Below the pieces are notes generated by a model. It saw nothing but the letters and a program-made list of their open reading frames with translations. It made no database searches and had not been told where the DNA came from. Shown in pieces: positions 1 through 11,031 of a stretch of 64,000 nucleotides of DNA. The first letter of the stretch is position 1. Each line of letters starts with the position of its first letter. Source of the stretch: Granulicella sp. (GTDB lineage: Bacteria; Acidobacteriota; Terriglobia; Terriglobales; Acidobacteriaceae); NCBI GenBank assembly GCA_027339965.1, contig DAHWNL010000016.1, forward strand, positions 58,148-122,147, in the 5' to 3' direction. Both the position numbers and the translations under genes were made by a program.

Positions 1-80
1 CTAGCGCCGAGCCGGAACAGATTCAACAAGCCTTGAAAGCGGCCGGCTATCCGGCCTTCGTCGATCCGGCCAGTGTATGA
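1..80 (+). CDS. 3' end of a heavy-metal-associated (CopZ-like) chaperone, truncated by the window edge
   Basis: Frame from base 3 reads [25 protein letters not shown], resembling the C-terminal helix and AGY turn of HMA domains. TGA 78-80 overlaps the copA ATG (ATGA). Not in the ORF track. Confidence 0.7.
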   Translation, partial: SAEPEQIQQALKAAGYPAFVDPASV

Positions 81-2467
81 GCGAACAATTCCTCAGCATC
101 CAGGGCATGACCTGCGCCTCGTGCCAGATCCATGTACAGAAGGCGCTGCGGGCGGTTCCGGGGGTCCAATCTGCCAGCGTCAACCTGATGGCGCACACGG
201 CCCAGATCTCCGCTGAGACGCCCATCGCAGTCGAGACGCTCATTACTGCCGTGCGAAACTCCGGCTATGACGCCTCTTTGCCTCCGGCCTCCGGCTCGCT
301 CCAGGCTGACTTGTCGCGTGGCTCGGCAACCACAAGCTCCTCCGCCATTGACGAGCAAGCAGACGCCGGAATGCACTCTCTTGGTCTGCGCGCCGGCCTC
401 GCTCTGGCCGCCGGCGTCATCGCCATGGCTCTGTCGATGCTGCTCTCGAACTCCGGTACTCTTCCCCCATGGGCGCGCCTGCCTGCGCCGCCCATCCGCT
501 GGCTCCTCTGCATGCTGTCTCTGGCGACCATGCTCTTTGCCGCCCCGGAAATTTATAGCGCCGCGTGGCGAGCCGCGCGGCATGGCGCCACCAACATGAA
601 CACGCTGGTCGCCCTGGGCACGCTGGCCGGCTTCACAGCCTCCTTTGCCGCCACCATCGCTCCCGCCTACTGCCTCCGCCACGGGCTCTCTTCCGCGATC
701 TACTACGAAGCGGTGATCTTCATCCTCGCCTTTTTACTCGCCGGCCGCTGGCTGGAGGCCCGGGCCCGAGCCCGAGCCTCCGGCGCCTTGCGCAGCTTTG
801 CCCGGCTGGAGTCCTCCGACGCCCGCCTACTTGACCCCGCCGCCGGAAATATTGCCGGCGAAGACTCAGCCCCGGTCGATTACAGCCGTCTTCCCGAAAC
901 CATCCTGCCACTCTCCGCCATCGTTCCCAACGATCTGATCCGGGTTCTGCCCGGCGACCGGATTCCGCTCGACGGTCTCATCGTGGATGGCCGCAGTTCG
1001 GTCGACGAGTCCATGCTCACCGGAGAGCCTCTGCCGGTCACCCGCTCCGCCGGTGATCCCGTCTCCGGTGGCACCCTCAACCTGGATGGACCGCTGGTGA
1101 TTCAGGCGACAGCCGTTGGACAAGACTCAACGCTGGCGCAGATGCGGCGGCTGCTGGAGCAGGCGCAGTCCAGCCGCGCTCCCCTGCAACGCCTGGCAGA
1201 CAGAGCCAGCGCCATCTTCGTCCCCACGGTCCTTACCCTCTCCGCACTCACTTTTCTGTTCTGGTCGGTTGTCCTGAACACCGGAGGTCACCACGAAGGT
1301 TATGGCCGTGCCCTCTCCATGGCGATCTCGGTTCTTATCATCGCTTGCCCTTGCGCGATGGGGCTGGCCGTCCCGGCCGCGATCACCGTTTCCCTGGGCC
1401 GGGCCGCCCAGTCCGGCCTGCTCATCAAAGGGGGCGAAGCCCTGGAACGGCTCGCTGAAGTGGATACCATCGCTCTGGACAAAACCGGAACCCTCACCGA
1501 GGGACGCCCCCGCATCGCAGCCTTCGTTTTGTCCCCAGCCGCCATCCTCGACGCGCCCACGCTGCTGGCCTGCGCACAGGCCACCGAGCGCCTCTCCACC
1601 CATCCGCTGGCGCAAGCCGTGGTCGAGTACGTTCCCTCCGCCGAGCAAACCCTGGCACTCCCCAGCCCTCCATCCCCACCCACCATCACCGACCACCGCA
1701 CGCTTCCGGGCATCGGAATCACCGCCACAATCTCCCTGGCCGACGGCAAGACCCTTCGCCTGGCTCTGGGGAATGCCTCCTTGCTCCCTTCCTCCGGGCT
1801 GCATGGTCAAATGGCCGCTGAGCTTCAGCCACCCGGCGACCTGCCCAATGCCACACCTCTCTACCTGCTGCTCGACGACATCCCGCAAGCGGTCTTCTTC
1901 GCCACCGACGAACTCCGGCCCAGCGCAGGCACGGCCGTAGCCCAACTGGAACGACTGCGGGTTCATCCTGTGCTGCTCACCGGCGATGTGGCCTCCTCCG
2001 CCAACGCGCTCGCGCGGCAGGCTGGAATCGGCGATGTACACTCCCACCTGCTCCCAGCGGAGAAACTTGCCGTCATCGGCGCTCTGCAATCCGCAGGCCA
2101 CAGGGTCGCCATGGCCGGCGACGGCATCAATGACGCGGCGGCGCTCGCCCAGGCTGACGCCGGCCTGGCCATGGCGTCCGGCTCCGATCTGGCTCGCGAA
2201 GCCGGCGACATCCTTCTGCTGCACCCTGATCTCTGCCTGCTCCCGCTCGCCGTTCGCATCAGCCGGCGCACGGTGAGGATCATGCGCCAGAACCTGGGTT
2301 GGGCCATGGTCTACAACCTGATCGGAATTCCTTTGGCCGCCGGCCTCCTCTACCCGTACTTTCACATCCTGCTCAGCCCGATCCTCGCCAGCGCCGCCAT
2401 GGCTCTCAGCTCGGTGAGCGTGCTCACCAACTCACTGCGCCTGCGGTCTTTACCCAACGCCCGGTAA
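77..2467 (+). CDS. copA: Cu(I)-translocating P1B-type ATPase
   Basis: N-terminal GMTCASC, TGE, CPC, DKTGT, HP, GDGIND, and transmembrane YN and MxxSS motifs typical of P1B-1. Confidence 0.93.
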   Translation: MSEQFLSIQGMTCASCQIHVQKALRAVPGVQSASVNLMAHTAQISAETPIAVETLITAVRNSGYDASLPPASGSLQADLSRGSATTSSSAIDEQADAGMHSLGLRAGLALAAGVIAMALSMLLSNSGTLPPWARLPAPPIRWLLCMLSLATMLFAAPEIYSAAWRAARHGATNMNTLVALGTLAGFTASFAATIAPAYCLRHGLSSAIYYEAVIFILAFLLAGRWLEARARARASGALRSFARLESSDARLLDPAAGNIAGEDSAPVDYSRLPETILPLSAIVPNDLIRVLPGDRIPLDGLIVDGRSSVDESMLTGEPLPVTRSAGDPVSGGTLNLDGPLVIQATAVGQDSTLAQMRRLLEQAQSSRAPLQRLADRASAIFVPTVLTLSALTFLFWSVVLNTGGHHEGYGRALSMAISVLIIACPCAMGLAVPAAITVSLGRAAQSGLLIKGGEALERLAEVDTIALDKTGTLTEGRPRIAAFVLSPAAILDAPTLLACAQATERLSTHPLAQAVVEYVPSAEQTLALPSPPSPPTITDHRTLPGIGITATISLADGKTLRLALGNASLLPSSGLHGQMAAELQPPGDLPNATPLYLLLDDIPQAVFFATDELRPSAGTAVAQLERLRVHPVLLTGDVASSANALARQAGIGDVHSHLLPAEKLAVIGALQSAGHRVAMAGDGINDAAALAQADAGLAMASGSDLAREAGDILLLHPDLCLLPLAVRISRRTVRIMRQNLGWAMVYNLIGIPLAAGLLYPYFHILLSPILASAAMALSSVSVLTNSLRLRSLPNAR

Positions 2468-2544
2468 CCTTCCAACCTTCTCCTGTGTTCTGCGCGCCCG
2501 TCTCCACGCGATACACTTAAACCACCGCCGTGGGCGGGTTCAAC

Positions 2545-4929
2545 GTGCGCATCTTCACCCGCTATATCCTCCGCGAGATCACCGGCTACGCCTTGCTGGG
2601 CGGCGTTCTGTTCACCTTCATTCTCTTCATGCGCTACCTGCTTCCGCTCATGGAGCTCACGGTGCGCGGTATCGCCTCCCCCATGGATATCCTCCGCCTG
2701 GTCGGATATCTGCTGCCGGGCTTCTTCTCCTTCACCATCCCCATGGCGGTACTGGTGGGCATCCTTCTGGGTTTGAGCCGCCTGGCCGCGGACAGTGAAG
2801 TCACCGCCATGCGCGCCTCGGGCGTGGGGGTACTCTCCTTCGTCCGCATCGTCAGCCTCTTCGCCATCGTCTTCTGGATCATCGGCATGGCCAACTCGCT
2901 GTATGTGGCGCCCCGCGCCGCAACCGCACTGCTGGCCTACGAGAGCGCCAGCAAGACCAGCCAGGCCACGGTGGAGGTGCAGCCGCGGGTGTTTTACGAA
3001 GACTTCAAGAACTACGTTCTATACGCCCAGGACGTTATCCCGGGAGCCAACGGCACGGCCATTTGGCGTCATGTCTTCCTGGCCGATCTGAGCAAGCCGG
3101 CCAACCCGCACATCATCACCGCCAACAACGCCACCGTTCTCAGCGGAGGCCCACAGACCCTTCGCCTGGAACTCTCCAACGGCAGCCGCCATGATATCTC
3201 GCTCTCCAATCCCGGGCAGTACGATATCTCCACCTTCCTCAGCACGGAACTGCCCATGCAAACCGTGCCTCAGGAGGAGGGGTCTCATCTGAGCCGCCGC
3301 GACACTCCCATGCACGCCCTCAATACGCGTGACCTGTGGGCTCTGGCCGAAGCCCCCGGCGCCGCTTCCCGACCCTACCGCATTGAGCTTAACTACCGCT
3401 TCGCCTTCCCCACCGCCTGCCTGGTCCTGATGCTGGTCGGTGTTCCACTCGGACTCTCCTCCAAACGCGGAGGCAAGGGCGCCGGCTTTGTTGTCACGCT
3501 GGGGCTGGTGTTTCTCTACTACTTCCTCTCCTCAATGGGCATTGCCCTGGCCCGTCAGGACAGGCTTTCCCCGGCTCTGGGGGTGTGGAGCGCCAATCTG
3601 CTGTTTGCCATGGCCGGAGTGGTGCTGCTGCAGCAGATCTCCCGTGGCGGGGCCATGCTGGAGACATTCGCCGGCATCGGCAGAAACCTCACCCGGCTCC
3701 TGGATCGTCTCCGCAACCGATCTCAGCCTCATGCTGCCGGTAGCGGTCCCCATGTCAATGAAGAGGGCGCGCTCATGCAGCGCCTTCGCCTCGTCTTCGG
3801 CATTCACTTCCCCCTCATCCTGGATGAGTACGTGATGGGAAGCTTCCTGCGCAACTTCCTGCTGGTTCTGTTCACCCTGATCCTTCTCTTCATCATCTTC
3901 ACCTTCTTCGAGCTGATCGGCGACATCCTCCGCTACCGCACTCCGCTCTCCGTGGTGGGCGACTATCTGATCAACCTGATTCCCTTCATCATCAACTCCG
4001 TGCTCCCGCTCTGTTCTCTGGTCGCGGTGCTCATCACCTTTGGCGCGCTCAACCGCAACAGCGAACTGACGGCGATGAAGTCGGCCGGCGTCAGTCTCTA
4101 CCGCATCGTTGCTCCCATGCTGGTGGTCGCCACGCTGCTCTCGGCGCTTCTGTTTGTCTTTGATGAGACCTATCTGCCGGGAGCCAACCGCCGGCAGGAG
4201 GCTTTGCTGTCCCAGATCAAGGGGAAGCCGGCGCAGACATTTCTTCGTCCGGATCGCAAATGGATGTCCGGCGACACCACGGACGCCAAGGGCGGGCAGA
4301 TGCAGCCAACCCGCATCTTTTATTACCAGTTCTTCGATCCTGACCGCAACATCTTCGACAACCTCACTGTCTTTGAGTTTCAGCCCGGCACCTTCAATCT
4401 CACCCGCCGCATCTTTGCGCGCAGCGTTCGCTGGGACGACAAGCTCAACCAGTGGGTCTTTGAAGATGGCTGGCAACGCACCTTCGCGGGTGAATCGATT
4501 ACCAGCTACCAGCCCTTCACGCTGGCCACCTTTCCGGAGATCCACGAGCAACCCAGTTACTTCAAGAAGGAAGAACTCCAAAGCCAGGAGATGTCCTTCA
4601 CCGAGCTCTCCCGTTACATACGCGACCTTGAACAGAGCGGCTTTGACACCATGCGTCTGCGCGTTCAACTCAACCGCAAGCTGGCCTATCCGCTCATGAC
4701 GCTGGTGCTGGCCATTCTGGCCATTCCGTTCTCGCTGTTCGCCGGCAAGCGGGGCGGCATCGCGGGCATCGGCACGGCGATCGGAGTCGCCATCTGCTAC
4801 TGGGTCATCGCCGGCATCTTCGAGAATCTGGGCGACGTCAACTCGCTTCCGGCGATCCTGGCCGCGTGGTCCCCGGATATGCTCTTCGCCATGGCCGGAG
4901 CTTATCTTCTGCTCCGCACCCCCACCTGA
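2545..4929 (+). CDS. Fused LptF/LptG (YjgP/YjgQ) LPS export permease
   Basis: Two tandem YjgP/Q halves (SEVTAMRASG and SELTAMKSAG; RYILRE and EYVMGS starts). Start is GTG 2545 or 2530. Confidence 0.9.
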   Translation: MRIFTRYILREITGYALLGGVLFTFILFMRYLLPLMELTVRGIASPMDILRLVGYLLPGFFSFTIPMAVLVGILLGLSRLAADSEVTAMRASGVGVLSFVRIVSLFAIVFWIIGMANSLYVAPRAATALLAYESASKTSQATVEVQPRVFYEDFKNYVLYAQDVIPGANGTAIWRHVFLADLSKPANPHIITANNATVLSGGPQTLRLELSNGSRHDISLSNPGQYDISTFLSTELPMQTVPQEEGSHLSRRDTPMHALNTRDLWALAEAPGAASRPYRIELNYRFAFPTACLVLMLVGVPLGLSSKRGGKGAGFVVTLGLVFLYYFLSSMGIALARQDRLSPALGVWSANLLFAMAGVVLLQQISRGGAMLETFAGIGRNLTRLLDRLRNRSQPHAAGSGPHVNEEGALMQRLRLVFGIHFPLILDEYVMGSFLRNFLLVLFTLILLFIIFTFFELIGDILRYRTPLSVVGDYLINLIPFIINSVLPLCSLVAVLITFGALNRNSELTAMKSAGVSLYRIVAPMLVVATLLSALLFVFDETYLPGANRRQEALLSQIKGKPAQTFLRPDRKWMSGDTTDAKGGQMQPTRIFYYQFFDPDRNIFDNLTVFEFQPGTFNLTRRIFARSVRWDDKLNQWVFEDGWQRTFAGESITSYQPFTLATFPEIHEQPSYFKKEELQSQEMSFTELSRYIRDLEQSGFDTMRLRVQLNRKLAYPLMTLVLAILAIPFSLFAGKRGGIAGIGTAIGVAICYWVIAGIFENLGDVNSLPAILAAWSPDMLFAMAGAYLLLRTPT

Positions 4930-4940
4930 TGCCCGGTCCG

Positions 4941-4976
4941 GGCCAACTCTTCGGCCAACTCCCCGGCCAAGACTCG
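4941..4976. repeat. Three degenerate 12-bp direct repeats (GGCCAACTC core) upstream of the FKBP gene
   Basis: ggccaactcttc/ggccaactcccc/ggccaagactcg just before TACACT at 4983-4988. Confidence 0.45.
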
Positions 4977-4998
4977 ATCGGCTACACTAAAAATCGAC

Positions 4999-5736
4999 AT
5001 GAAAACTTCAAGCCTCCCTTGTTGCACGCTCGTCATGGCATTGGCTGCGCTCCCCATCGGAGCGCAAACCTCCACCACCCACCCCATTCACCATACAGCC
5101 GCGCACAGCGCCCATACCCCGGGCTGCGTCGCCCCGCCGCGGGTCTCCCCCAAGATTCCAGCGCTTCCATCCAACGCACCCTGCCCACGCATCCTCTATA
5201 CCCTCACCCACATTCCGGACACCCATCTGGACTACGCCTCGCCTCTGCTCAGCAAAGATCTGCGTGAGGAGCTCTCCGGACAGAAGTCCACGTACTCGCT
5301 CATCTATGTTGACACCCAAGTTGGAACCGGCCCGGTGGCCCAGAGCGGCAAGTTCCTCACCGTGCACTATACCGGGTACCTGACCGACGGCAAAAAGTTC
5401 GACTCTTCCGTGGACCGCGGCCAACCCATTACCTTTCCCTACGGCCGGCACCGCGTGATTCCGGGCTGGGACACTGGCTTTGAGGGCATGCGCATCGGCG
5501 GAAAGCGCCGTCTCTACATCCCCTACCAGCTTGCCTATGGTGAAGCCGGCCGCCCACCCATCATTCCAGCCAGAGCAGAGCTGGTCTTCGATGTACAACT
5601 CATCGGTCAGAGTGACGAGATGCCCAAGCCCACGGTGCCCTTCCGCCGCTCCGCGCCGGCCCAGCCCGCGTCCAAACCGGCCACCCCAGCAAAACCCGCC
5701 ACCTCCCAGCCCGCCAACCCGCAGGCCCCCAAATAG
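4999..5736 (+). CDS. Exported FKBP-type peptidyl-prolyl isomerase
   Basis: Signal peptide; VHYTGYLTDGKKFDSS, VIPGWD and IPYQLAYG motifs; Pro/Ala-rich tail. Confidence 0.93.
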   Translation: MKTSSLPCCTLVMALAALPIGAQTSTTHPIHHTAAHSAHTPGCVAPPRVSPKIPALPSNAPCPRILYTLTHIPDTHLDYASPLLSKDLREELSGQKSTYSLIYVDTQVGTGPVAQSGKFLTVHYTGYLTDGKKFDSSVDRGQPITFPYGRHRVIPGWDTGFEGMRIGGKRRLYIPYQLAYGEAGRPPIIPARAELVFDVQLIGQSDEMPKPTVPFRRSAPAQPASKPATPAKPATSQPANPQAPK

Positions 5737-5858
5737 TCGAAGCGCAGGGATTCAAGCGTAGAGTGTCGAGAAGACGGCGATACTCGAATTGCAGTTTTGC
5801 CGGAAGCCTTATCCTTCTTCCTGGCGCTCTACGCTCCACCCTTTTTCTTCTTTCCTTT

Positions 5859-7688
5859 ATGTTCTCCCGCTTGAGGCCGCTGTTTCCGTATCTTCGCCGT
5901 TACTGGCGGAACCTGCTCGCAGGCGGCCTGGCTCTGATCGTCTACAACACCTCCAAGGCCATGATTCCGCTGCTCATCGGCGGAGCCATGAATGACATCC
6001 AACGCAACCTCTCGGCGTCCAGAGTGGAACACGCCGCCCTTCGCCTTGTCTCGATTGCCGGGCTGGCCGCGATCGCCCTCTATCTCACCCGCCGAATCAT
6101 CATCGGCGCCTCTCGTGAGATCGAGTTCGATCTCCGCAATGACATCTTCTCCCACCTCTGCCGGCAACCCGCCGAGTTCTTCCAGCGCCACCGCACCGGC
6201 GACATTATGGCGCGCACCACCAATGACCTGAGCGCGGTTCGGCAGTTGCTGGGACCGGCCATCATGTACTCGGCAAATACCCTGGTCTTTACCGCCCTGG
6301 CGCTGCCCTTCATGCTCCGGATTTCGCCGCGGCTCACGCTGTTCGCCTTTCTTCCGCTTCCCTTCGCTTCCGTGCTGGTGCAATACTTCGGAGCTCGCAT
6401 CCACACCCGCTTCGAACGCATCCAGGCCATGTTCTCCGACATCACTGCACAAGCTGAGGAGAGCTTCTCCGCGGCGCGCCTGATCCGCGCCTTTGCTCAG
6501 GAGGATGCGCAGATTGACACCTTCGAGACCTCCAATCAGGAGTACATTCGCCGCAGCCTGCTGCTGGCCCGGCTGATGGCGATGCTCTGGCCAACGCTCG
6601 AACTGGTGCTCGGCCTCTCGCTGGTGGTCAGCCTTCTGGTCGGCGGCCATGAAGTTGTCCTGCATCACATCAATGTGGGTCAATTCACAACCTACATGGT
6701 CTTCATGGTTCAACTCACCTGGCCTATGATCGCCATTGGCTGGGTGGTCAACCTGGTGCAGCGCGGCACCGCCTCCGTCATCCGCATCCATGAGTTGATG
6801 ACGGAGCAGCCCAGCATCGATGACCGTTACGCTGATCCCGCCCTGGCGCAGAGCAGCGCCGGCATGGCCACGCGGGACGGAGACTGCGTTGCAGAGAACC
6901 GCCTGCCACCCATCGCGGGCCACATCGCCTACCGTCACCTTCACTTCGCCTACCCAACCGGCCCAGAGGTTCTGCATGACATCACCCTCGAGATACCAGC
7001 CGGCTCCTCACTGGCCATCGTCGGCCCCACAGGCAGCGGAAAGTCAACGCTCGTCTCTCTGATCCCACGCCTCTACGATCCGTCGCCATCCTTCCGCAAC
7101 GCCATTACGCTGGACGGACGCCCCCTGCACCAATACCCCCTCCACATGCTCCGCGCAGCCATCGGCTTCGTTCCTCAGGAGACATTCCTCTTCTCCACCA
7201 GCATTGCCAAGAACATCGCCTTCGGAGTTCCGGCGCCGCCCGGCCAGGAGGCGGCCCTAGAGCAACAGGTGGAGGCTGCGGCCCGCATCGCCCAGATCGC
7301 CGACGAGATTCTGGAGTCTCCAAGCGGCTTCCGCACCATCGTTGGCGAGCGCGGCATCACGCTCTCAGGCGGCCAGAAACAGCGCACAGCCATCGCCCGC
7401 GCCATCCTCGCCAATCCGCCCATCCTGATCCTGGACGATGCTCTCTCCAGTGTGGACACTTACACCGAAGAACGAATCCTTGCCGGCCTGCAAACGCTGA
7501 TGCGTGGCCGTACCACCCTTTTGATCGCCCACCGCGTTTCGACCGCCCGCAATGCGGACCGCATCGCGGTGCTCATCAAGGGCCGCATCGCCGAGTTAGG
7601 CACCCATGAAGAACTCCTCGCCCGCGGCGGCTATTACACCGACCTCTTTGAAAAGCAGTCTCTTGAAGAGGAGATACTGACGACGTAG
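5859..7688 (+). CDS. ABC exporter, fused permease/ATPase (MdlA/MsbA-like)
   Basis: Transmembrane domain plus GPTGSGKS, LSGGQKQR, ILILDD and IAHR. ATG 5859 preferred over the track start. Confidence 0.92.
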   Translation: MFSRLRPLFPYLRRYWRNLLAGGLALIVYNTSKAMIPLLIGGAMNDIQRNLSASRVEHAALRLVSIAGLAAIALYLTRRIIIGASREIEFDLRNDIFSHLCRQPAEFFQRHRTGDIMARTTNDLSAVRQLLGPAIMYSANTLVFTALALPFMLRISPRLTLFAFLPLPFASVLVQYFGARIHTRFERIQAMFSDITAQAEESFSAARLIRAFAQEDAQIDTFETSNQEYIRRSLLLARLMAMLWPTLELVLGLSLVVSLLVGGHEVVLHHINVGQFTTYMVFMVQLTWPMIAIGWVVNLVQRGTASVIRIHELMTEQPSIDDRYADPALAQSSAGMATRDGDCVAENRLPPIAGHIAYRHLHFAYPTGPEVLHDITLEIPAGSSLAIVGPTGSGKSTLVSLIPRLYDPSPSFRNAITLDGRPLHQYPLHMLRAAIGFVPQETFLFSTSIAKNIAFGVPAPPGQEAALEQQVEAAARIAQIADEILESPSGFRTIVGERGITLSGGQKQRTAIARAILANPPILILDDALSSVDTYTEERILAGLQTLMRGRTTLLIAHRVSTARNADRIAVLIKGRIAELGTHEELLARGGYYTDLFEKQSLEEEILTT

Positions 7689-7803
7689 AGCGTTGTTAGT
7701 GTAGGTGTAACGCGACGCCTCAACCTCCATGGGCGTTTTCCCCAATGAAAACGCCACTGCACACGCCCTCTCCGGTATACCCAGCAACACTGAAAACGCT
7801 GTA
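7686..7803. mobile_element. Palindromic MITE-like element, copy 1
   Basis: TA-flanked; imperfect terminal inverted repeats (GAGCGTTGTTAGTG...CACTGAAAACGCTG); internal hairpin GGCGTTTTC-CCCAAT-GAAAACGCC; homologous to 19635-19749. Confidence 0.75.
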
Positions 7804-8253
7804 GAGCGGAGCCGGGATGGCTGCACCAGACAGAATTGCTACAGGAAATCCCGTTGCTTTCCGTGCAGGGAACGAGAAGACGGCCCTGGGGCGTGCCTGT
7901 TCGGTCGATCTGCAGGTAAGGATTTGCAAGGCAGACCGGCCCAGCAAGGGAGACTCTCGCCAGCCGGCCATGCGCTTTGGCGCCAGCTGAGAGTATGCGC
8001 CCAAGCTGCGCCGGCAGAAGGGAGCCGCGGGGTAGAAGGCGCCTGTCCTGCCGTCGCGGTATGGAGTCCGCAGCAAGGTAGCCGAAGCGATCAAGATGCA
8101 CATGCTCGGCTTGATCAAGTTCCGGCTCAACTTGGCTCCGCCCCCAAGCCATCGCGGAAGCACTCCAGAAGATCTTGGCGGGCGATCCGCATGCCGGGTT
8201 CAGGCTCACCCTCCAATGACTACTGCGAGGATGAAACGGCTCGAACGGCTTCT

Positions 8254-9438
8254 CTACCCGCGGTCTTCCACGCGCCCCCCGTGCTTCAAAGCATAGACCT
8301 TCCCGCGATAGTAAAAGTTCTCCCCGGCGTAGCTCCGCAACCAGAGGATGCTTCCCAGCAGATCCCGCAGCGGATAAATGAGCGTGTTGTAAAACCGATC
8401 CGGATCTCCTAGCGCCGCCAGAATGGCCATCGCCTGCAGCCATCGGTTGAGCACCATCGCCGCCAGCCACAGAACCCCCAGCCAAACATGCCCGCTAAGC
8501 AAACCCCAAGCCATGCCCAGCAAGCCGAAGGGCGTGGCAAAGGTTAGCCCGCTGCCCAGATGTCCCCAGGGCCGGGAACGCCGCGTGCTTTGCATCCAGC
8601 GAAGCTGATTGCGGAAGCTCAAAGAAGAGGGCGAGTTCTGCACCATCAGCCGGATGACATACGTGGCTATTCGCACCCCAGTCCCCCGCGCGGCCAGCCG
8701 GTTTCCAATCACGAAATCATCGGCGTAAAACTGGCCCAATTCCTCGAACCCCCCCACATCCTGAAAGCTCTTTCTACGCACGGCCATGGTGGCGCCCAAC
8801 GCAAACTTGGTACCCTCCAGAAGGTCCGCCACCAGCACGCCGGAGCTCATCTCAACGCTCTTGCCCACCGCATCCAGTTGGGAGGCGAACCCCGCCCCCG
8901 GGTGCGCTGTCCCGATATAGACGCAACTCGCCAAACCCATCCGCGGATCCTTCAGCGTCTGCACCATGCGCAGCAGGTAGTCCGGGCCCACCCGCACATC
9001 TGCATCGCTGGTGACATACAAATCGTACTTCGCCACGGCATCCATCGTGGCTAGCGAGTACACCTTGGCATTGTGAAACTGGGGTGGCGGCTCTCCGCAG
9101 GTAACATATCGCGCCGCCACCTGCGGATATCGCTTGCCCACCTCCAGCGCCAACTGCAATCCTTCATCGCTCTGCTGCCGCGCGCAAAAAATCAGCTCCC
9201 ACTCGCCCGGATACTCCTGTTCAAAAAAGGATGCGATGTTCTGCTCGATACCCTCTTCGGTTCCGTGCAAAGGCTTGAGCATGCTCACCGCGGGCAAAAA
9301 GTCAGCCGGGACGCTCTGCTCTCGGCGCTTGCGCAGCCCAAACCGCGCCGCCGCCACCATCACCATCAGGCAGTAGAGGGAAGAGGTGACTGACCCCACA
9401 GCCGCCACCCAGAACAATATCTGAAGGAAAAGCCTCAT
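8254..9438 (-). CDS. HpnI-like / ceramide-glucosyltransferase-family (GT21-like) glycosyltransferase
   Basis: N-terminal TM, KPLHG, NAKV, SDAD, ADDF and QLRW motifs. ATG 9438 preferred. Confidence 0.85.
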   Translation of the reverse strand: MRLFLQILFWVAAVGSVTSSLYCLMVMVAAARFGLRKRREQSVPADFLPAVSMLKPLHGTEEGIEQNIASFFEQEYPGEWELIFCARQQSDEGLQLALEVGKRYPQVAARYVTCGEPPPQFHNAKVYSLATMDAVAKYDLYVTSDADVRVGPDYLLRMVQTLKDPRMGLASCVYIGTAHPGAGFASQLDAVGKSVEMSSGVLVADLLEGTKFALGATMAVRRKSFQDVGGFEELGQFYADDFVIGNRLAARGTGVRIATYVIRLMVQNSPSSLSFRNQLRWMQSTRRSRPWGHLGSGLTFATPFGLLGMAWGLLSGHVWLGVLWLAAMVLNRWLQAMAILAALGDPDRFYNTLIYPLRDLLGSILWLRSYAGENFYYRGKVYALKHGGRVEDRG

Positions 9439-9504
9439 CGCACCATACCAGACAAAAACCGCTGCTGACTCGCCGGCCGCCCCCCTCGCAACCGGCACCA
9501 GAGA

Positions 9505-9912
9505 TTAGTCTACGCGCCGGCCCAGCCGGGTCTCCTGCAACCTGCTGTTGGGCCGCTTGCGCAACGGTACAAGCCCCGGCTGCTGAGTCTCTTGCTGCAT
9601 CCGCGTCAGCATCTCGGTTCGCACATACTCCACAAACCCCTGCATCTGCCGGGTCATCTCCTCCATTCGCTCGCGCATCTGCAGAACAATGGCTATGCCT
9701 GCCATATTCACACCCATATCGCGGGCCAGATTCAGAATGAACTCCAGCCGCTCCAGGTCCTCATCCGTGTACAGCCGGGTGTTCCCATCCGAACGCGAGG
9801 GCCGCAACAGGCCCTCGCGTTCATAGAGACGCAGCGTCTGCGGATGAATCCCATACATCTCCGCTACCGCCGAGATCATGTAAGCGCCCTTCGCCTTCCG
9901 TTTTGTAGCCAT
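9505..9912 (-). CDS. hspR: MerR-family heat-shock repressor HspR
   Basis: ISAVAEMYGIHPQTLRLYEREGLLRPSRSDGNTRLY...GVNMAGI signature; near dnaK/dnaJ. Confidence 0.88.
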   Translation of the reverse strand: MATKRKAKGAYMISAVAEMYGIHPQTLRLYEREGLLRPSRSDGNTRLYTDEDLERLEFILNLARDMGVNMAGIAIVLQMRERMEEMTRQMQGFVEYVRTEMLTRMQQETQQPGLVPLRKRPNSRLQETRLGRRVD

Positions 9913-9993
9913 CGCCTGAAGAATATCTCCTTTCCCCCATCCTTGGACAACCGCTGGACATCAATCCTTCGCCCGGCATCAAATAGGGGAGAT

Positions 9994-11031
9994 ATGAGCC
10001 GCCCGAGCTTGACCGCCCTTGCCACTGCCGCCACCATCACCATGACCGGAGCTGCCGTTGCCGCCATCGCGACGGCTGCCGCCGCCAGCGGAGCCGCCAT
10101 GCTGGTATTTCGCTCCCTGCGCAACCGCCGGATCTGGTCTCAGAGGGCCCACCAAAGCAGCCTCCGCCCCGTCGTCGTCATCACCGGAGGTTCCCGCGGC
10201 CTGGGGCTGGCCATCGCCACCCGCTTCGCAGAGGATCCGGTTCGCTTGGTTCTGGCCGCGCGCCACTTGGAAGAACTCCAGCAGGCCCAGGTTCAACTGC
10301 TCACTCAGTTTGCCCATCTCAGCACCGCGGACTTTCACCTGGTCGCCGCGGACCTGGCCAAACCGGAAGAGTGTGAGCGCCTGGTCGCCGAAACCATCGC
10401 TCGCTTTGGCCGCATCGACGTGCTGGTCAACAACGCCGCCATCATCCATATTGGTCCGGTCGAGTCTCAGACACTGGAGATCTTTGAACGCACCATGCGG
10501 GTGAACTTCTTCGCCGCACTCTACGTCACCTGGGCAGCTCTGCCCCATATGCGCCGTCAACCAGCCTTGGCGGGCCATCCGTTCGGTAGCCGTCGCGCCT
10601 CCATCGTCAATATCGCCAGCGTGGGCGGCAAGATCCCCGTCCCGCACATGCTTCCCTACTCGGCCGCCAAGTTCGCTCTGGTGGGCTTCTCTGAAGGACT
10701 GCACGCCGAACTCCGTCACAAGGGAATCCGCGTCACGACCGTATGCCCGGGTCTGATGCGCACCGGCGGAGAAGCCCACGCCAACTTCCTGGGCAACCAG
10801 AATGCCGAACAGCGCTGGTTCAACTTCGCCGCTCGAACTCCGGGCGTAGCCGTAACCATGCGCCACGCCGCCAATCGCATCTATCGCGCCGCAGTCGCCG
10901 GCCGCGCGGAGATCACCATCAGTCCCCAGGCCTGGCTGGCCGCGCGCTTCGGCGCACTCTGTCCCGAGTTCCTCCAGTACGCCAACGCCCTGACGAACCA
11001 CCATGTGCTGCCCAAAGACCCGCACCAGTAG
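9994..11031 (+). CDS. Short-chain dehydrogenase/reductase
   Basis: TGGSRGLG, NNAA and YSAAK motifs; ATG 9994 preceded by AGGGGAG. Confidence 0.9.
   Translation: MSRPSLTALATAATITMTGAAVAAIATAAAASGAAMLVFRSLRNRRIWSQRAHQSSLRPVVVITGGSRGLGLAIATRFAEDPVRLVLAARHLEELQQAQVQLLTQFAHLSTADFHLVAADLAKPEECERLVAETIARFGRIDVLVNNAAIIHIGPVESQTLEIFERTMRVNFFAALYVTWAALPHMRRQPALAGHPFGSRRASIVNIASVGGKIPVPHMLPYSAAKFALVGFSEGLHAELRHKGIRVTTVCPGLMRTGGEAHANFLGNQNAEQRWFNFAARTPGVAVTMRHAANRIYRAAVAGRAEITISPQAWLAARFGALCPEFLQYANALTNHHVLPKDPHQ

Noticed and set aside
7804..8253. About 450 bp of unexplained sequence with several overlapping ORFs
   Set aside because: No recognisable motif, RBS or RNA structure; possibly a decayed remnant, and BLASTX would be needed.
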